Shown: positions 24,443 to 37,800 of the stretch, in pieces
Layout of the letters: each line of letters starts with the position of its first letter
Position numbering within the stretch: the first letter of the stretch is position 1
DNA from: Phoronis australis
Lineage: Eukaryota > Animalia > Phoronida
NCBI GenBank assembly: GCA_002633005.1
Contig: NMRA01000008.1
Location: 1,390,584 to 1,454,583 of the forward strand
Reading direction: 5' to 3'
Length of the DNA: 64,000 nucleotides
The notes under the pieces: generated by a model
Told to the model about the DNA's origin: nothing
Database searches by the model: none
What the model saw: the letters and a program-made list of their open reading frames with translations, nothing else
Position numbers and translations under genes: made by a program

Positions 24443-27399
24443 CACACACACACACACACACACACACACGGGACTTGTTTCCTCCAAACATATTTTTAGA
24501 ACAAAACTGTTTTTGCGACACAAACGACAATGAACGAATGATGCGCACTGTGCCATAAAAAGTTTTAAATTTACAGGTTTGAGATCTCCAGTACTTTTTA
24601 TCGTTTGCGTTCAACTTTAGATTGCCCCGAATTTAATTTCTCGGAATGACGCAAATGAAGCGAAATATAATAAGCTGGAATGCAGTATTGTAAAAACTGT
24701 GTCAAGTGCTGCCGTGATCTATAATTGAGCAGTGCTCGTAATGCGAACCCATGACGGGCCTATCACGTACAGCGATCACCATTCACCAACAAGGAAAGGT
24801 TAACACTAAAAAAGGCGTAAACGTATTACAGTAATCAAAGTATTATAATTGTGAAATGAGGTACAACAACGCGAGATGAAAAGAAGAGATATACCATAAC
24901 AAAACTGGTATGTGTCTGCGTGGCATTGCGTGAGGCTATTCAGTGCACGAAACGAAATAACCTAGTGAACGGAGAGACTTTTTTATGACGTAGTTTTACC
25001 CAACTTGGTATATTAAATCCTTATCCCTAAAAATGAAACATAGACCTCATTGATTTTACTGCTTGAGGTAAATTTGCAAAAGTCGCTACGACTGGTAAAA
25101 TATTCCGCCCATGAACGAACAACAACCGGAAGAGAACATATTGTGCACGTACTCAGGTATGCCGGTGAATATTTAAGCCACGCGACACAAAATAAACTAC
25201 TGCGCGCATATTTTTCCGTTTAAATTAATAGACTAGAAATGAACGGTGCTTCTAAAAAAATGTCCACTTTTAATACGTACGGCAGCTCATTTTTGCGATT
25301 AACATAGTATGCGCGGTATGCAGGAGTGGACTCTTAAGTTTTCATTGAGAAGAAATGGACTATAACTGCCTCGATGAAAACTGCGGCTACCATTGCCATA
25401 AATAAAACAGACGAGACAACGTAAAATCTCTAAATCATTACATTTGGGTATTCAGAGTAGCAAGTGCTTTGCATTTTACGTAAAATATCAAAAATAATCT
25501 GATTCTTGCAATAGTTTGACAAGGCAGCAGTTGAAAAATGGGAGGGCTCAAAGTGAAAAGGCGAGTGGAAACGGACAAAGAAATGTGTTTAATAAACAGT
25601 CGGTCAGGCTATTCCGAAATACCTTGCTATTCAATTTTATTGAAGTTTCACAACTATCCTCAGTTACTTTCCGGGTTAGTAATTTTCAATGTTTGGTGAC
25701 AATTTCACTTAACGCTTCTCGCGACTAGCCTCGAGGCTGATCAAGACTGAATGAGGTTGTTTTTGAATGCAAGTATGCAGCAACTATTCCACTCGAAGAC
25801 ACTTGAGTCGTTCGCGCAAAGTAGTGTATCGAGTTGCCAGGCCACTTGCGGAGTGGACAAATTATAGGGTAAATACTGACAAACATAACAGACGAAATGG
25901 TAAGGTACCAGTCATCGAGTGTTCCGTTAATACCGATTGGTTTAATCCCTATATTCGTCTTACAATGACGAACTCGTCAAGTTGACAATGCGAGTAATTG
26001 TTGTATTATGTTCGCGACTGCGCATATCGCTAGCCTTCCTCAGGAATAAGATGAAAGCTCTTTCGCTGACCGCGTTCAGTGTAATGATGTATCGCAATTT
26101 GAAGTGTCATATTTGCGACTTTCCTCGAATAGAGCATAACTTTGTCAAGTATAATTTCGTTTCAGGGCCAACAGGAAGTATTTGATTCCAACAGAGTGGT
26201 CCCTAAATATTATGAAAACATGTTGAGTGGCATCGCCTGTCAATAACATCCCAACATTTATGAAGGAAAACATTTCATCTCATTTACGTGAATAGATACG
26301 TGCGAATGAGCCGGTGAGAGCGTCAGCTGCGATTGTGCTAAATATTTATTATTTTGCACACGTTTTGTTATGAGAATAAACCGTAACACACAGTAGACTA
26401 AAGACCCAGGGCTATGTGTGCGTTGAATGACATGAGATGTGTTCATTGAATTCAGCCCACTTAACGCTTGTCAAAACGAAAATCATGATTAGCTAAAAAA
26501 GGTGATTTATCGAGCACCTGGTACGGTATAGTTTCAAATGCTATTGCTCATAGTGTGGTCTATGAGTGGAAGCTGGGAGATTGTCCACGTGGACAAATGA
26601 AAAGAAAATAAAACTCACCCGAATGGCATAGACTTGGAACAGAGCAATCAGTACGACCAACCTGCAAATAAAATGGAGACGAAAATTGAAGAAATTAAGA
26701 GACACTGACGATACGGCAGTTCTTCACCAATTTAACGCAGGATATGGCCTGCAAATGACATTTTATTTTGTCAAATTTCTCCACAGAAATAAACATTAAG
26801 ACAAATGTTGATCACTAGCATACGTTGTACTGTGTAGATATCACGAGACAACATTTAGCAATGCTGTATAATTCTGGGCACGGAAATCAGTCTTTGAAAA
26901 ACGGGAAAATTTCAGTTTGACGTGCGAAATAAATGGAGAATTGCCGTAACACTGCTTTGAACGGGGGTCTCTAACAAGAATTGTGGATTCTTTTCAAGCT
27001 GGGACTCTTTCCTAAGTTCAGAAGGTTATTCCAGTCCGGAGGTTCTCAAACAACAGCCAAAGCTCCTTTTAAACCGTGGTGTTCCCTCCTAAAATCAGAA
27101 CGTTACCGCAACATTGAATAGGCAGGCCGAGTGCTTCCGAGAAATCGAAATATACAAACATGGCATGATGATGGGGATACACGGAGAATAACGAAAGCTT
27201 TCCTGTTTGTTCTGAGGCAAAATCAAGACTACGAAATAACAGACACCCGGCCCACAGAATGCTGAACAGTACCTGAAATTAATACTTCACCCACAACGAG
27301 ACAACACTTGGAGAACGAAATGCCACCAAGGGTAAAAACTGAGGGACGACAAAATACCCACCACAGTAAGTAGCACACGCTCCCAGTAACCGTTCGCAT
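9888..27399 (-). CDS. FGF8/17/18: Fibroblast growth factor of the FGF8/17/18 subfamily, 5 coding exons, 249 aa: join(27399-27362, 26661-26619, 23464-23224, 14721-14618, 10211-9888)
   Basis: Manual splicing gives 750 nt in frame, with GT-AG introns and matching phases (2,0,1,0). Product: MRTVTGSVCYLLWLVVLIALFQVYAIRVYASDRKSDREYSPLGKHHFNKYFAGWKTSAKDSEEEKDSNTKDYQLTNLCSDKLVQIVGKNGKRRSPVNARGTDPKSILATLSFKTISFGEIRIQSPRTNYYLCFSKTGKLTIRRNGNNKRCTFKEIRDDDSTETKLQSVADEKWFVGFRKNGKPLKGIAVLNTRKEKCFKFYKMEVLPQGSSSTSSGNTADANNGPFDDPYSIFSKLFKPRKSRRRTENT. It carries FGF8-type motifs YQL..VQI..VNA.G, FG.IRI...T.YYLCF.K.GKL, C.F.E and WFVGF.K.G.P.KG. FGF family membership is secure; exact orthology within or near FGF8/17/18 needs a tree. 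Confidence 0.9.
14618..14721 (-). CDS. FGF8/17/18: FGF coding exon 4, 104-nt core exon (ATLSFKTISFGEIRIQSPRTNYYLCFSKTGKLTIR)
   Basis: Acceptor ttattcgtttcag|CC and donor CGG|gtaagt. 104 nt with phase 1 to 0 is the canonical FGF middle exon. Absent from the ORF track. Confidence 0.95.
15432..15574. mobile_element. MITE, family A copy 1 (in FGF intron 3)
   Basis: TIRs TTCAGTAACGCTAGG / CCTAGTGTTACTGAA. The whole element is homologous, in reverse orientation, to 57734-57887. Confidence 0.8.
18797..18995 (+). mobile_element. Possible 3' terminus (pLTR) remnant of a Penelope-like element
   Basis: CTGAAGA...GAAA hammerhead-like core (18919-18947) followed by AATAAA (18987). Preceded by a decayed G-rich segment resembling PLE ORF ends. 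Confidence 0.35.
20902..20990. repeat. (AAT)n microsatellite decaying into (AGT/AGC)n
   Basis: Direct reading. It explains the poly-N, poly-I and poly-L ORFs. Confidence 0.97.
23224..23464 (-). CDS. FGF8/17/18: FGF coding exon 3 (VYASD...YQLTNLCSDKLVQIVGK...VNARGTDPKSIL)
   Basis: Acceptor cccctttgatgtcctag|GTG and donor CTCG|gtaagt. 241 nt, phase 0 to 1. Matches FGF8 YQLYSRTSGKHVQVL..INA. Confidence 0.92.
24393..24469. repeat. (AC)n microsatellite with one interruption, FGF intron 2
   Basis: Direct reading. It explains the (CV)n ORFs. Confidence 0.98.
26619..26661 (-). CDS. FGF8/17/18: FGF coding exon 2, 43-nt signal-peptide micro-exon (LVVLIALFQVYAIR)
   Basis: Acceptor ttttatttgcag|G and donor CGG|gtgagt. 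Hydrophobic stretch, phase 2 to 0, like the split signal-peptide exons of vertebrate Fgf8. Confidence 0.8.
27362..27399 (-). CDS. FGF8/17/18: FGF coding exon 1 (MRTVTGSVCYLL-W), start of signal peptide
   Basis: ATG at 27399, donor TG|GTGGGT, phase 2 matching the next exon. An in-frame upstream ATG at 27447 would add 16 aa. Confidence 0.65.
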
Positions 27400-30300
27400 G
27401 GAGACCCCTGGATTTCCAAAGGGAATTGTAAAATTCAATAGAATCATATAGTTGAGTTTAGGACTAATAATACGCTTTGCTACAAATTACCCAGTGCGAT
27501 AAATCCGGAGTGACTGCCATTGGAAGTTCGACAGCCAAAACTAGCTTTCTTGTCCTTGTACAAAATTGGCCAGTATTTCAATGACAGACCTCAACAATAC
27601 AATGACGGCAGTACATTGAAGTTAAAATTCACTTTCACATCTAAATTCGACATTTCGCAACAAGAATCATTATATATATTCTTCCACAAATCACAAAGAG
27701 AATGTTTCAGAAGGAACGTGCAACAAAACCTCTCAAGACAATCTTTGGCGGTTGATTCATTTGTCGCTACTCATCAATCTTACGGTAACACGCGATAAGC
27801 TCGCCCGTTAGTTATCTATTACTGGCGTGTCATTGACAAACTTCACACATTTCTTGTAATATTTTGAAAATTCTACAGGTCGCGACGTCACGCCGTGTCA
27901 CATCTGCCACCGTGTGCAAACAACTCAAGCTATAATAACGGGAAAGAAAACAACTGAATAGATGGAGACATGATAGTCGAGAAAAAAATAAACACATTAC
28001 ACAGTTGCACTGGGAAAGGGCCAATGGACACAGAGGTAGTAAAACACGCTCGGGTCGCTAAAGAATAGTGTTGGCCGTCGACTATTGCATAAATGCAACG
28101 CTAATCCCAGGATACATACTTGACAACAACCATGATGCACAGACTGGCGTTTCCATCCTTTATGTCAATGGTTAGTCAAACCCGTGAACTCTCTTTTCAC
28201 CTCGTCCAGTTGACTTCATTCGCGAATTTAATAACTACACTCAGCGATAGTCTGCCAAGAGATTTCAAATATTGACTCGCTCGCTGAAAAATTCGTCTAT
28301 TGCTGCAAAACACATGCACGTTTATACACTTTATAGCCACGGGCTGTTACTCGAACAAATAACAATCACGGTTTAAAATTTTCAGCCTCGTCCAGGTGAA
28401 CGTTTATTTATACAACTTTCTATATAGAGGTTTTCCGCCGTGTATCTCCGCGTCTGGCCCAGTCCCCACGGGATAACCCTATGAGAATGACTGTCGTCAT
28501 CTTCTCGTTCGAAACAATGGACACGGGACGCCGAGATGTGTGGTCCGTACTCCACAAACTGTGGGATCTAACTGGTGGATAAAATAATTCAAATCTATTC
28601 AGCGACATTACATTAAACATATGTCTAAATGCCGTCTTGGTTCTGTTGCAGCGGTTAATACCTGGCAAGGCAATCCATTGACTGTCATCACCGGACTACT
28701 CACGAGAATGTATTTGACTGGCAGCCGCCAGCAATATTTTTGTTTGAAACATGTTTAAAGATATACTCCGATGACAGATTTCCTGGTCACGGCCGAGACA
28801 TTTCCGAATATCATTCATTGTGTTCAGATGTCTTTTAACGTGCTTTTATATGTATTCAAATAATTGTCGTGGTATACATCCGCCGAAACTACGGCTCTCA
28901 AATCGGTGTAAAATCGTCTCAATTCCCAGTATCACGACACTGGGTGATTTTGTAAACCGCTAAAGGTAAAAACTTAGTCGTTCGGTCGGGACGAAATATT
29001 AAACTCTAGAGTAGGCCGTATCAAATGATCATTTATAAAGAGAACAAGTCACACATACAAAGGCGTGGAATGTGGTTTTAAATAACTGAAATAACTTGAT
29101 TAGTAAAAGAAGCGACAATAAATTTATCTGTTAATACAGCTTTTAAGTAATTATCGTACTTTACAAGAAATTAAAATCATTCCGTTAACGATTGGTCACT
29201 TAATGTCAGTTAAGCACCAGAAGATGGGAAACTTTTAATAGGTCACACAATGCAGGAGGAGATCGGTGACCTGTCTCCCCACAGGTATGTGTTGATTACT
29301 ATTTTCAAACATGGGACAAAATCTATCCCAGAAAAATATAACCGTCTGTTATTACCTTTGTCTCCCGAACATACATCCTAGCATAGTCTCAATCACTATC
29401 CGACAGATTATCTCGTTGTTTCGGCAGCCAACAGTAACACGGACATCCACGGACACACACATGAGGTAAGCCTGTTCTGCAAGCCATTGTCGCGCTCTCA
29501 GCTTAGTCTCCGTTTAAAACTCTATTGGCCATCGAGGCTCCTCCCACTAACTATTTTACGTGTGAACTCGAGCACACAGCGCCGTCGACTGGTCTTTTTC
29601 TGGTGTCTAGTAATGTGCGATTTACGATATAGATGGCGTGTAGTAGCTGCTCTATTATCTACATCAAGTTCCCGCTCGCGCTAGTGTCAACGTCGATCAC
29701 GTCAATCCCCGAGGTTTCTGAAGACATTCATAAATACACTGATGCACACAATGCAACTTTACGGCATCGTAATTGACCAACAAAACTTCACTCTTAAGTT
29801 AACTTACTGTATTCAGAGGTTACGCGATGAGTTCCGATCTTACACAACATTTTCAAAATCATGTTGACATACTCATGACGAAGGTTTTGAGTGCGCACAT
29901 CTGTCGTCTGCTATTTCGCGAGTTTTTTAAGTCCAACTTTTAACTTTTACAATAAGCAACACGTCATAGTGGTGTTTGAGCACGAAAAATTTGCTTATGA
30001 AAAGAACATTCAACGAACATGTTCAGAGGTAAAAACGCAGTGAGATAAATTCGGTGTGTGGACGGAGAAGACAATGGGCCGATTTAGTTTAATAAAATCA
30101 ACAGAGGCAGAGGTGAAACTATCACGTCTTATCTTAATCGTAATCGTCTGGCTCTCAGAAAACAATTCAAGTCAGGTCTAGCACGCCAGGTAACTGGGCG
30201 ATAGGTGTTTTGATTGATTGAACAAATAAACGCCTGAATCCTCAGAATCAATGATGTTTTCAGGCAAGTTTTAGCCAATAACGTATCACGTTTTGTACGA

Positions 30301-31777
30301 TCGAATTACTCAAACAATAAAACAATTTTGTCAAAACACACAATTCAAAAAAATTTCCGTAAAACAACATCAACAAGGCGAGGAAATCGCATTACGTGTT
30401 CAATTGTCTCTGTTTAGATGTGATGGCTTATTACCGCGGGGCAGGGCAAAACAAATTTCCAACCACTGGATAATAATGCATTATATTCATCCTTAAGTAC
30501 GTGGCCGACCCGTCGTCTGGATAATCATGCTCAGTATATTAACGGTGCACAAACCCTCTAATTAAGGAGATGCTGGCCGATAGCGAACAATAGACGAGCT
30601 GGCAGGCCACACATACCGTATATTATGCTGAGAGGAGTATTCACACACAACGCGTCAGGCTAAAATTCGATGACCGGCATAACGCACCCAGGCCATCCAT
30701 TTGTGATTACTCAATCAACCCGTTTACTTAAAGAAAGAATGGTCGATTACAATGTAACCGCAAAACTTCCGATCGAAGGGATAGAATCTCTGTAAACCCA
30801 TGTACCAGGGAAACTAACGTTTGGTTTACTTGTAGCTTATTTATCTCTATAACTGGTCTCAACTTGTTTGCTATTCAGGTGAGAAGCAGTCTCTGGGCTT
30901 GAATAGGGCTGTCAGTTCGCTATTCGGCATGAGAGTACTAGCTTGGCGCTGTGACAAGCCAACTTGCCCAGCCTGGTCTCAAAAAATAGCTAACAACTGT
31001 CAATCCCTTCCGAGCCCAGAACTGAGCAACGAAACAGTCGAAGCCGATTTCGTAACCGGTAAGTAGTCCAAATCAATAGCTAGTTTTTGGCGAAAGGCGC
31101 GTTTAGAGAACTTTCAAGGATTCAAAGAAGCAAGGTCCAAATAAACTGTGACTATACAAGTCTGACAGTGAGTTCCATCACAATGTCATGTTATCGGGAG
31201 GTCAGTTACCAGGAAGGGACAACTGTTTTGGCGCACTTTAACTAGTAATGTCTTCCTGATAAGTATGGTGTATTGCAGTCGTAATTACAGCAATGGTTCA
31301 GTTATTTCCTCTCTTTAAAAACACCACATAAATTATTCGCGTTATTTGATAACTTTAAGTATAAGGACAATGAGGGAACTATTTTAGGAATGCTCAGAGG
31401 TATGTGTTAAGTTTTTACACGCCTGCTCTCATTTCTCAATAGGTCCATTCATTTGTTTGCTTTATATAAATAAGGCAAAACATTCACCAACACAATGTTT
31501 TGTATAATTTGTTTTTATACGGTATCAAATTCGTCCGCTATAAGCGGCATAGCAGGTGAAGCGTTCTGAGTTTCTGGCGTTAGTAAAAACATTACGGTCA
31601 TTCAGAAAACAACGGTAAAACAAGCGGCGCGGCTACTCTATGGGCATGGTCAAATGAATGTCCGGCATTGTAGTTTATAAAGGGAAATTAGTAACGATAT
31701 AAAGCGCCCTCCAAAATGGCGGGAGCGCTCACAATCCAAACGATAGAAGATCACTTTAGCTCATCTAACTTTTTATT

Positions 31778-31846
31778 CATGGGCGGCACAGCACTGGAAA
31801 AAGTGGGTGCTAAAGCCCCTGAGCACCCTATGGTGTGCCACCCATG
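31778..31846. mobile_element. Short MITE, family B (CATGGGCGGC TIR)
   Basis: CATGGGCGGCACA...TGTGCCACCCATG. The internal GCACTGGAAAAAGTGGG is shared with 56854-56991. Confidence 0.7.
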
Positions 31847-34800
31847 TTATTCACGTCATTATGTTGACATGAAACGTATTGAAGTCCAATTTCCACCAGT
31901 GAATTAGTTTGCTATACGCAAATCGAGATCTAGCCGGTATTATACAGGCTGTACATGTAAATGCAACGAATTGTTTCGAAGTGGCAGGGTTTTTTTCAGC
32001 GAAAAGATTTTGGACCTATTCACGGAATGTTACTCAGCATAAGGTACTATCGTTTGTTGGAATGTTTATCTGGGACACATTTCTATTTTATGAGACCGAT
32101 GTTAATCACTGCAATCAGGCATTTTAATCGTTTTATTATGCAGCATTCTTTTTAAAAAATAAGGATCCCAACTTTGGAAGTCCGTGACTTGGCGTAGAAG
32201 CCCGGGCACAGAGTAATCTGATCAGGCGTAAGTACTTGACATCTGACAACTCCGAGCAGTAAGGGTGAGCGGACACATTCACGAAGGTGGAACAACTGCG
32301 CAGACGCAAACAGCACGTGAGTAGGTGAGGGTCAAGGTCCGTTGGAGACTCGACAGGACTGCATAAATAACATGATTGACAGCGAAATATAATCAAGTCT
32401 TTAAAGTATATATATGTGAACAAGCCGTTCAAGTATTCTTTTCTGTTCGCAGAGATAATATCAAGGACAGTTTTCCTGTCAGTTGGTTCTCGGATAGACA
32501 GCGGACGTACTCCGAAGTGGTTTTGCTGATGGCCGCGTGGCCGTGTAAAGAAGTATTGGGTTGTATTCTAACCAGCTACTTTGCCGCAACCACGAGAACT
32601 AAGCCTACGCCATTTGTGCTTCTCGTTGGATGACATATTTTACACATGACTTGTCGTCAACAACAATGGATTAGGCTGACGAAGAGTTCGCTGTAAGAAC
32701 CCTCGATAAATTCCCAACCCCCACGAAAATCATTGCTAAGGTGTCATACTTAGTCAGCAAGGCACAACATCTTATGTCTGTGATCGATTACTACATTCAG
32801 CGACGAACTTCCGCAAAGCTGGGCCACATGATTTAATATGGTCTGTCTTTGCAGAATGTCTTACACAGTAAAAGCAAATTTATACAACAAGTCAATACAA
32901 ACTATAACCGATTAAAGCCCGGGTAGCGTTTCGCATGTCATTTTAGAAGTATTTAACATTTTGCAAAATGTCCTCTTGTGTACACGAACTTGAAGACACC
33001 GCTTCCCGGGGGGTCATCTGTGCACTGAATAACCAGTGTATAGGACCCGCTTGACTGCCATCTTTTGAATAAAACGCACTTCGAATAGTCCCGGCAAAGA
33101 TTTAATGCTGCAAAGTTGGCATAGATCACACAGGTATCAAGAAATAGTCATTTCCCATTGAGCTCGTACCACAGTTATGACGTCATTGGTTGTCAGGTGA
33201 AATTTTACGGGAAACCAGAGTCAAGTTTTATCAGGGATTGCAAATCCGATCGTAGCCAAGACGTTATTGCAAGCGCTACGCTGAGTTTTTCATGACAGGG
33301 ATTAAACGTTTAACTGACGGTACATTGACTATTTTTCATATTCAGACTTAAATATCGCCCGACGGGTCACGTTAATAAAGTGCGTGCGAATTAAAATGGA
33401 AGTTACTACCGTTTTAGCTAAGACTTGACATATGACCTTTGATAAAACGGGCCCCAGGTTTCTCGTGACATACAAGGGAAATTCCAATTAACCATTTTCA
33501 AGCTCGTGCATTCCGACGCACAATATGACTATGCTTTGCGGATGTTGGCAGGGCAACACTACACGAAGACTTGAACGCACCCCCAACCCTTGAATACAGT
33601 GTCACGTGAGCGCGCCCACTGAACCCACACCATTGAAGAGGGTTAAATTGGGCTAAATCCCGAGTCAAATATAACGGAGCTTAGAGTAGCAAATATTTTT
33701 CTTTATATACGCAAGTGTGTAAACACACTAAAATCGCAAATGAAGCCGATAAAAGAATCCGTTTGCAATGCTAATAGTCTTAAAGCTTTGCAATAATATG
33801 AGAAATCGTATAATATTCACTCAATAAAGACCTGTTATATAAGCTATTACCAAAATCTCATATAGTCAAATAGAATTGATGATACGGCCATAGAGACTCA
33901 CAAAAATCCTTTGACCTTAGGAATGATCTGTTGTAATATTGCCCATTATAATGATACGTAGACTTTAAGAAAGCGTTTGATGTTGTCACGCCCCAAGTTA
34001 TGTGTGGAAGCCCTTAAGAAACTCATTGTTTCTGAAGTTTTTATATCTGGAAAGGCAGAAAAGCGAACACAAACAACCGTCCCTCAATGAAGGAACTACC
34101 CTAATGTCCAGGTCACTTTCTCCCTCACCTAACCATGTTCTTTGAACCGACATTGTCACGTATACGGCCGAAAAAAACATTTTGGGATTATTGTCGGAGA
34201 GGAAAACCTTCTTGAAGTTATTAGCTTTGACCAGAGCTATAATGTTGTTTGTGAGTTTATTACAAATCGTCAATTCTCGCCGTTGTGTGCTACACATTCG
34301 CTGAAATCAAGTCACGTGACTTTATCAGTTAAATACTGTTGTAATACCTGTCGATTATCTGATGAGCAGACGTATCTACTGATATCAAGGCTTGCAGTTC
34401 TGCAATAGACATGTTGATCTTGTAAGTTCATGAAGTGTCGATATTTTAGCCACTTTAAGCAAATAACCTTGTTCTCAATAATAGAACAGAGTCTAGTGCT
34501 CGCAACGATTACACCTAGGCATAACATTCACCCGCCTTCCGACACACAAAGTAGATTTTTATTCAGACCACCTACCAATACGAAATTGGGCTTGGAAGAA
34601 CTGACAGCTCCTTATGCTTGAAATTAGGTAGACACGTGACTTGTCACGCCGTGTCGTTTTATTCGTCGAGCACTGCATCACCTCCAACAATGCCGAACTG
34701 TCAGCACTTTGCAAGACCAAAAATCACTTTTAACCTAAGTGAGAGACAACTTGAGACCGATTTTATGGCGGTATTGTAGGTGGTCTACATTAAAAGTTAG

Positions 34801-37800
34801 TTTCGTCTGCTGAACACGGTTTATTTTTGTTTTAAGTTAGCAATTGTTTCACGATCACTTTCATTACAAGTTTCGGGAAGCAAATGCCAGTACTCCGTGA
34901 CACTACGAGACAATGCGTCACGTGATTCTGTTTAACGTTGTACTATTGATACGGGTTTTGTAGCACGAACTCCAACTTGGGCAAGTTGTCAAAACTAAAA
35001 AATAATGATCGTTGTTGGCTATGTCTAGCAATCAGAAGTTAAAACAATGGCAATATTGAGACAATGCTATCATAGACAATCGTTTGTCAGTACGTTTTGG
35101 CTGAGGAAAACGTATTTGAGCGTCTCATTTTTGTCTTTGGTTCATCACGCATCACGTAGCAAAACAATTTCTGACTTTCATTGTCTGTGTCCGATCAAGT
35201 TGCCTCTTGAACATAATGAAACCTTGGAGCAATACCGCGCAACTATCGCATGACACACGTTTTGGAAAACCTACTAATAATAACGACAAAAGTCAGATTC
35301 ACAAGTTTAGTTAGCAGTACACGAAATCTCCCGAGGAGCCCCAGCTGACTGCTCGAGCAACACACTCCAAACCCAGATCTACCAAAGAGTGCATATGGAA
35401 TACTTAGCCACTTTCATCTAGACAAAAAGCGGATTTGATTTAGCCAATGTCACGCTCTAGTGTTTACTATGAAATGATTTAGTTAACTTGAAGCTCACAT
35501 CTTCAGGGGAGTGTTTAGCGAATGAAAGTCGGTCATGGCGGCTGAAGCCACTAGATGTGACAAATGTCAACAGGTTAGCCAGCTTCCCGGCGACGCTCGA
35601 CTGTTTACTCTCGTAGAATGCAAACGCGAGAAGAGGAGAAGGCTGTGTACCTAGGCTGGTCAGCAGAGTTTTGAGCGAGTGCAACAATCACACGAAACAG
35701 TGGAGGCACGACGTCATCTGGCGCGCAATCAGAGACTACTGTCTAACGGACCATACGATGCTTAGATGGAGTCGCGCTGCTGTAAGATAAATTTGCTAGG
35801 GTTCCACAAGATGAATTTGTGAACCAGTTCCCTAAAAATTAGACAAGTTGATGGCAATTCCCCTGAAGTTTTTAAATCTGCTTCGACAATGAACAATTTT
35901 ATAGTGTCTCGTCTAATTCATCTAATTCGTTTCGTCTCTTGATTAATTATTCCTAGTCGTAAAGCGATGTATCAGGATCCGTTTTGACAGTCACACACTA
36001 AAAAGTATTACGCAAGCAGGGTGCGAGCCCGAGTCAATGTGAAACGCGTGAGGGGGTCAAGTGTTTGCGTTCATCAGGTTAGAAGCAATTATAGAGTATA
36101 ATGTATTGTACGCAGAGTTTACACGGTAGATAGGAAGCCAAGAAGTCATAGACAACAAAAGATCGACTATTACTCGGGTTAGGTCTTTTAAAATACCACG
36201 CGTGACATTTGGTTGGCACCGTCAGGTCACTATCGACGCATAGACATAGATTGGGCCTTCTGGTGATGGCCGAGTAAAAATTGAACCTGCACTCGAAACA
36301 GTTGACAGTTCGCAACCAAAGCTAACTGTCATCAGAAACACGTGAGCTGAGGATAACCCACAGGGCAAACTCGAACATATTCATCGTCTACGTTTCAATT
36401 TTATTTAAAAATCCTCGTCAGAAAACAATGACAGGAGAAAAAGACAAATACGTGATTTGAGTGTCCACCACTTGATGGCAAAAAGCGTGTCGCGTTACTC
36501 ACAAACTGGAATTTCAAAACGTGTGATCTCTTACAGATTAAGTAGGTGAGTTTGAAGAGTTCGCGGGGGAGGCGAATGGGAAGGAAGTTTGCAGTGCTTC
36601 TGTACACTGATGACTTGCACGTCTTTGAAGTGGCGGCTGTTTTGTGTCTAAAGTGTTAAAGTCAACAAGCTCCTATACAATATTAGACAAGTCCGACAAA
36701 ACACAATTAACTCGATATATTTCAACAGGGTCACTGGCAGCTCAACTGTAATTCATGGGCAATATACTCGTAATAAACATCTCAAAGAGTAATTCAAAAG
36801 ATACGTTGATTCCGATAAGTTTCCATGCATTGCGTCTGATTATACTGGTTTGCAAAGATAATAAACACCGTCTTCAATCAACAGTCTCTGGATCTGAAAG
36901 GGAAACTAGCAATGGGCTGCTCTGAAATCAATTTCCGTAATAATAACTAAATAATTGTGGGGAAATTAAAATAATATTGTGGAATGTTTGAGATTCCATC
37001 AAGACCACTGAAGTGCCGTGCTTGAACAACTTATCAGATGATTTACTGATCTACGTCGAACTCTTCTCACGTCAGCCCTCGTATAATTTACGACTTTCGG
37101 TGAGTATCGTGTGCCGGTACACGATCTCGAAATCTAGCCATCAAGCTCTATCTAATGGTTCGCAGATTTACCTGAGAAGCTGTGAAACTGTTCCCGATCC
37201 CATGTCCATTCCAAAGTTATGTTTGGAAAACATAACACAAAACTCACCATACTAGCAGTGGTGATGCAGTCGCTACCGGGAGGGTCGACAAAAGGCGGCA
37301 TGCTGGCACTCAGAGAAGCCGATTGGCGTTTCAGCTCAATTTCAGTCAAGATAATATTATTCGTTTCGCACATAATATTTAATTTCTAGATAAGATTAGT
37401 CTCCTGTTCAAGATTTGGACAACGGCTTCCCTGTTACTGTCGGGGTCGCGCATAGTGAGATTGCAGCAATTTAGTGCGAAATGTGTTTAACACAAAAGAA
37501 GAAAGTAAAAAGGACGCTAAATTTCAGCACAAAATGTCCAAAGAAACATCTGTCAAGATGATACGCAAGCCAACGAACAGTTACGTACTTAACAGTACTC
37601 GGTCTGGTCACTCAATGGCCCTATCTATATTGGCGGGCAGTGGCGAGACATGTCACACGTTAGCTATACACATTTTATCTCCCTCTCACAAATCCTTTAA
37701 TCCAATAATTACGTTATGATACTAGAGTAAACCTGTTTATCATTTTATTATATTAACAATCCACCGCCAAACGCAGGTAGCACGTCTGGTTACAGTACTG

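Noticed and set aside
24354-24614. (CV)n ORFs
   Set aside because: Translations of the (AC)n microsatellite.
28320-28430. TATA-like boxes on the minus strand as the FGF core promoter
   Set aside because: There are several competing TATAAA-like words in AT-rich DNA and no clear initiator. The promoter cannot be placed without CAGE or 5' RACE.
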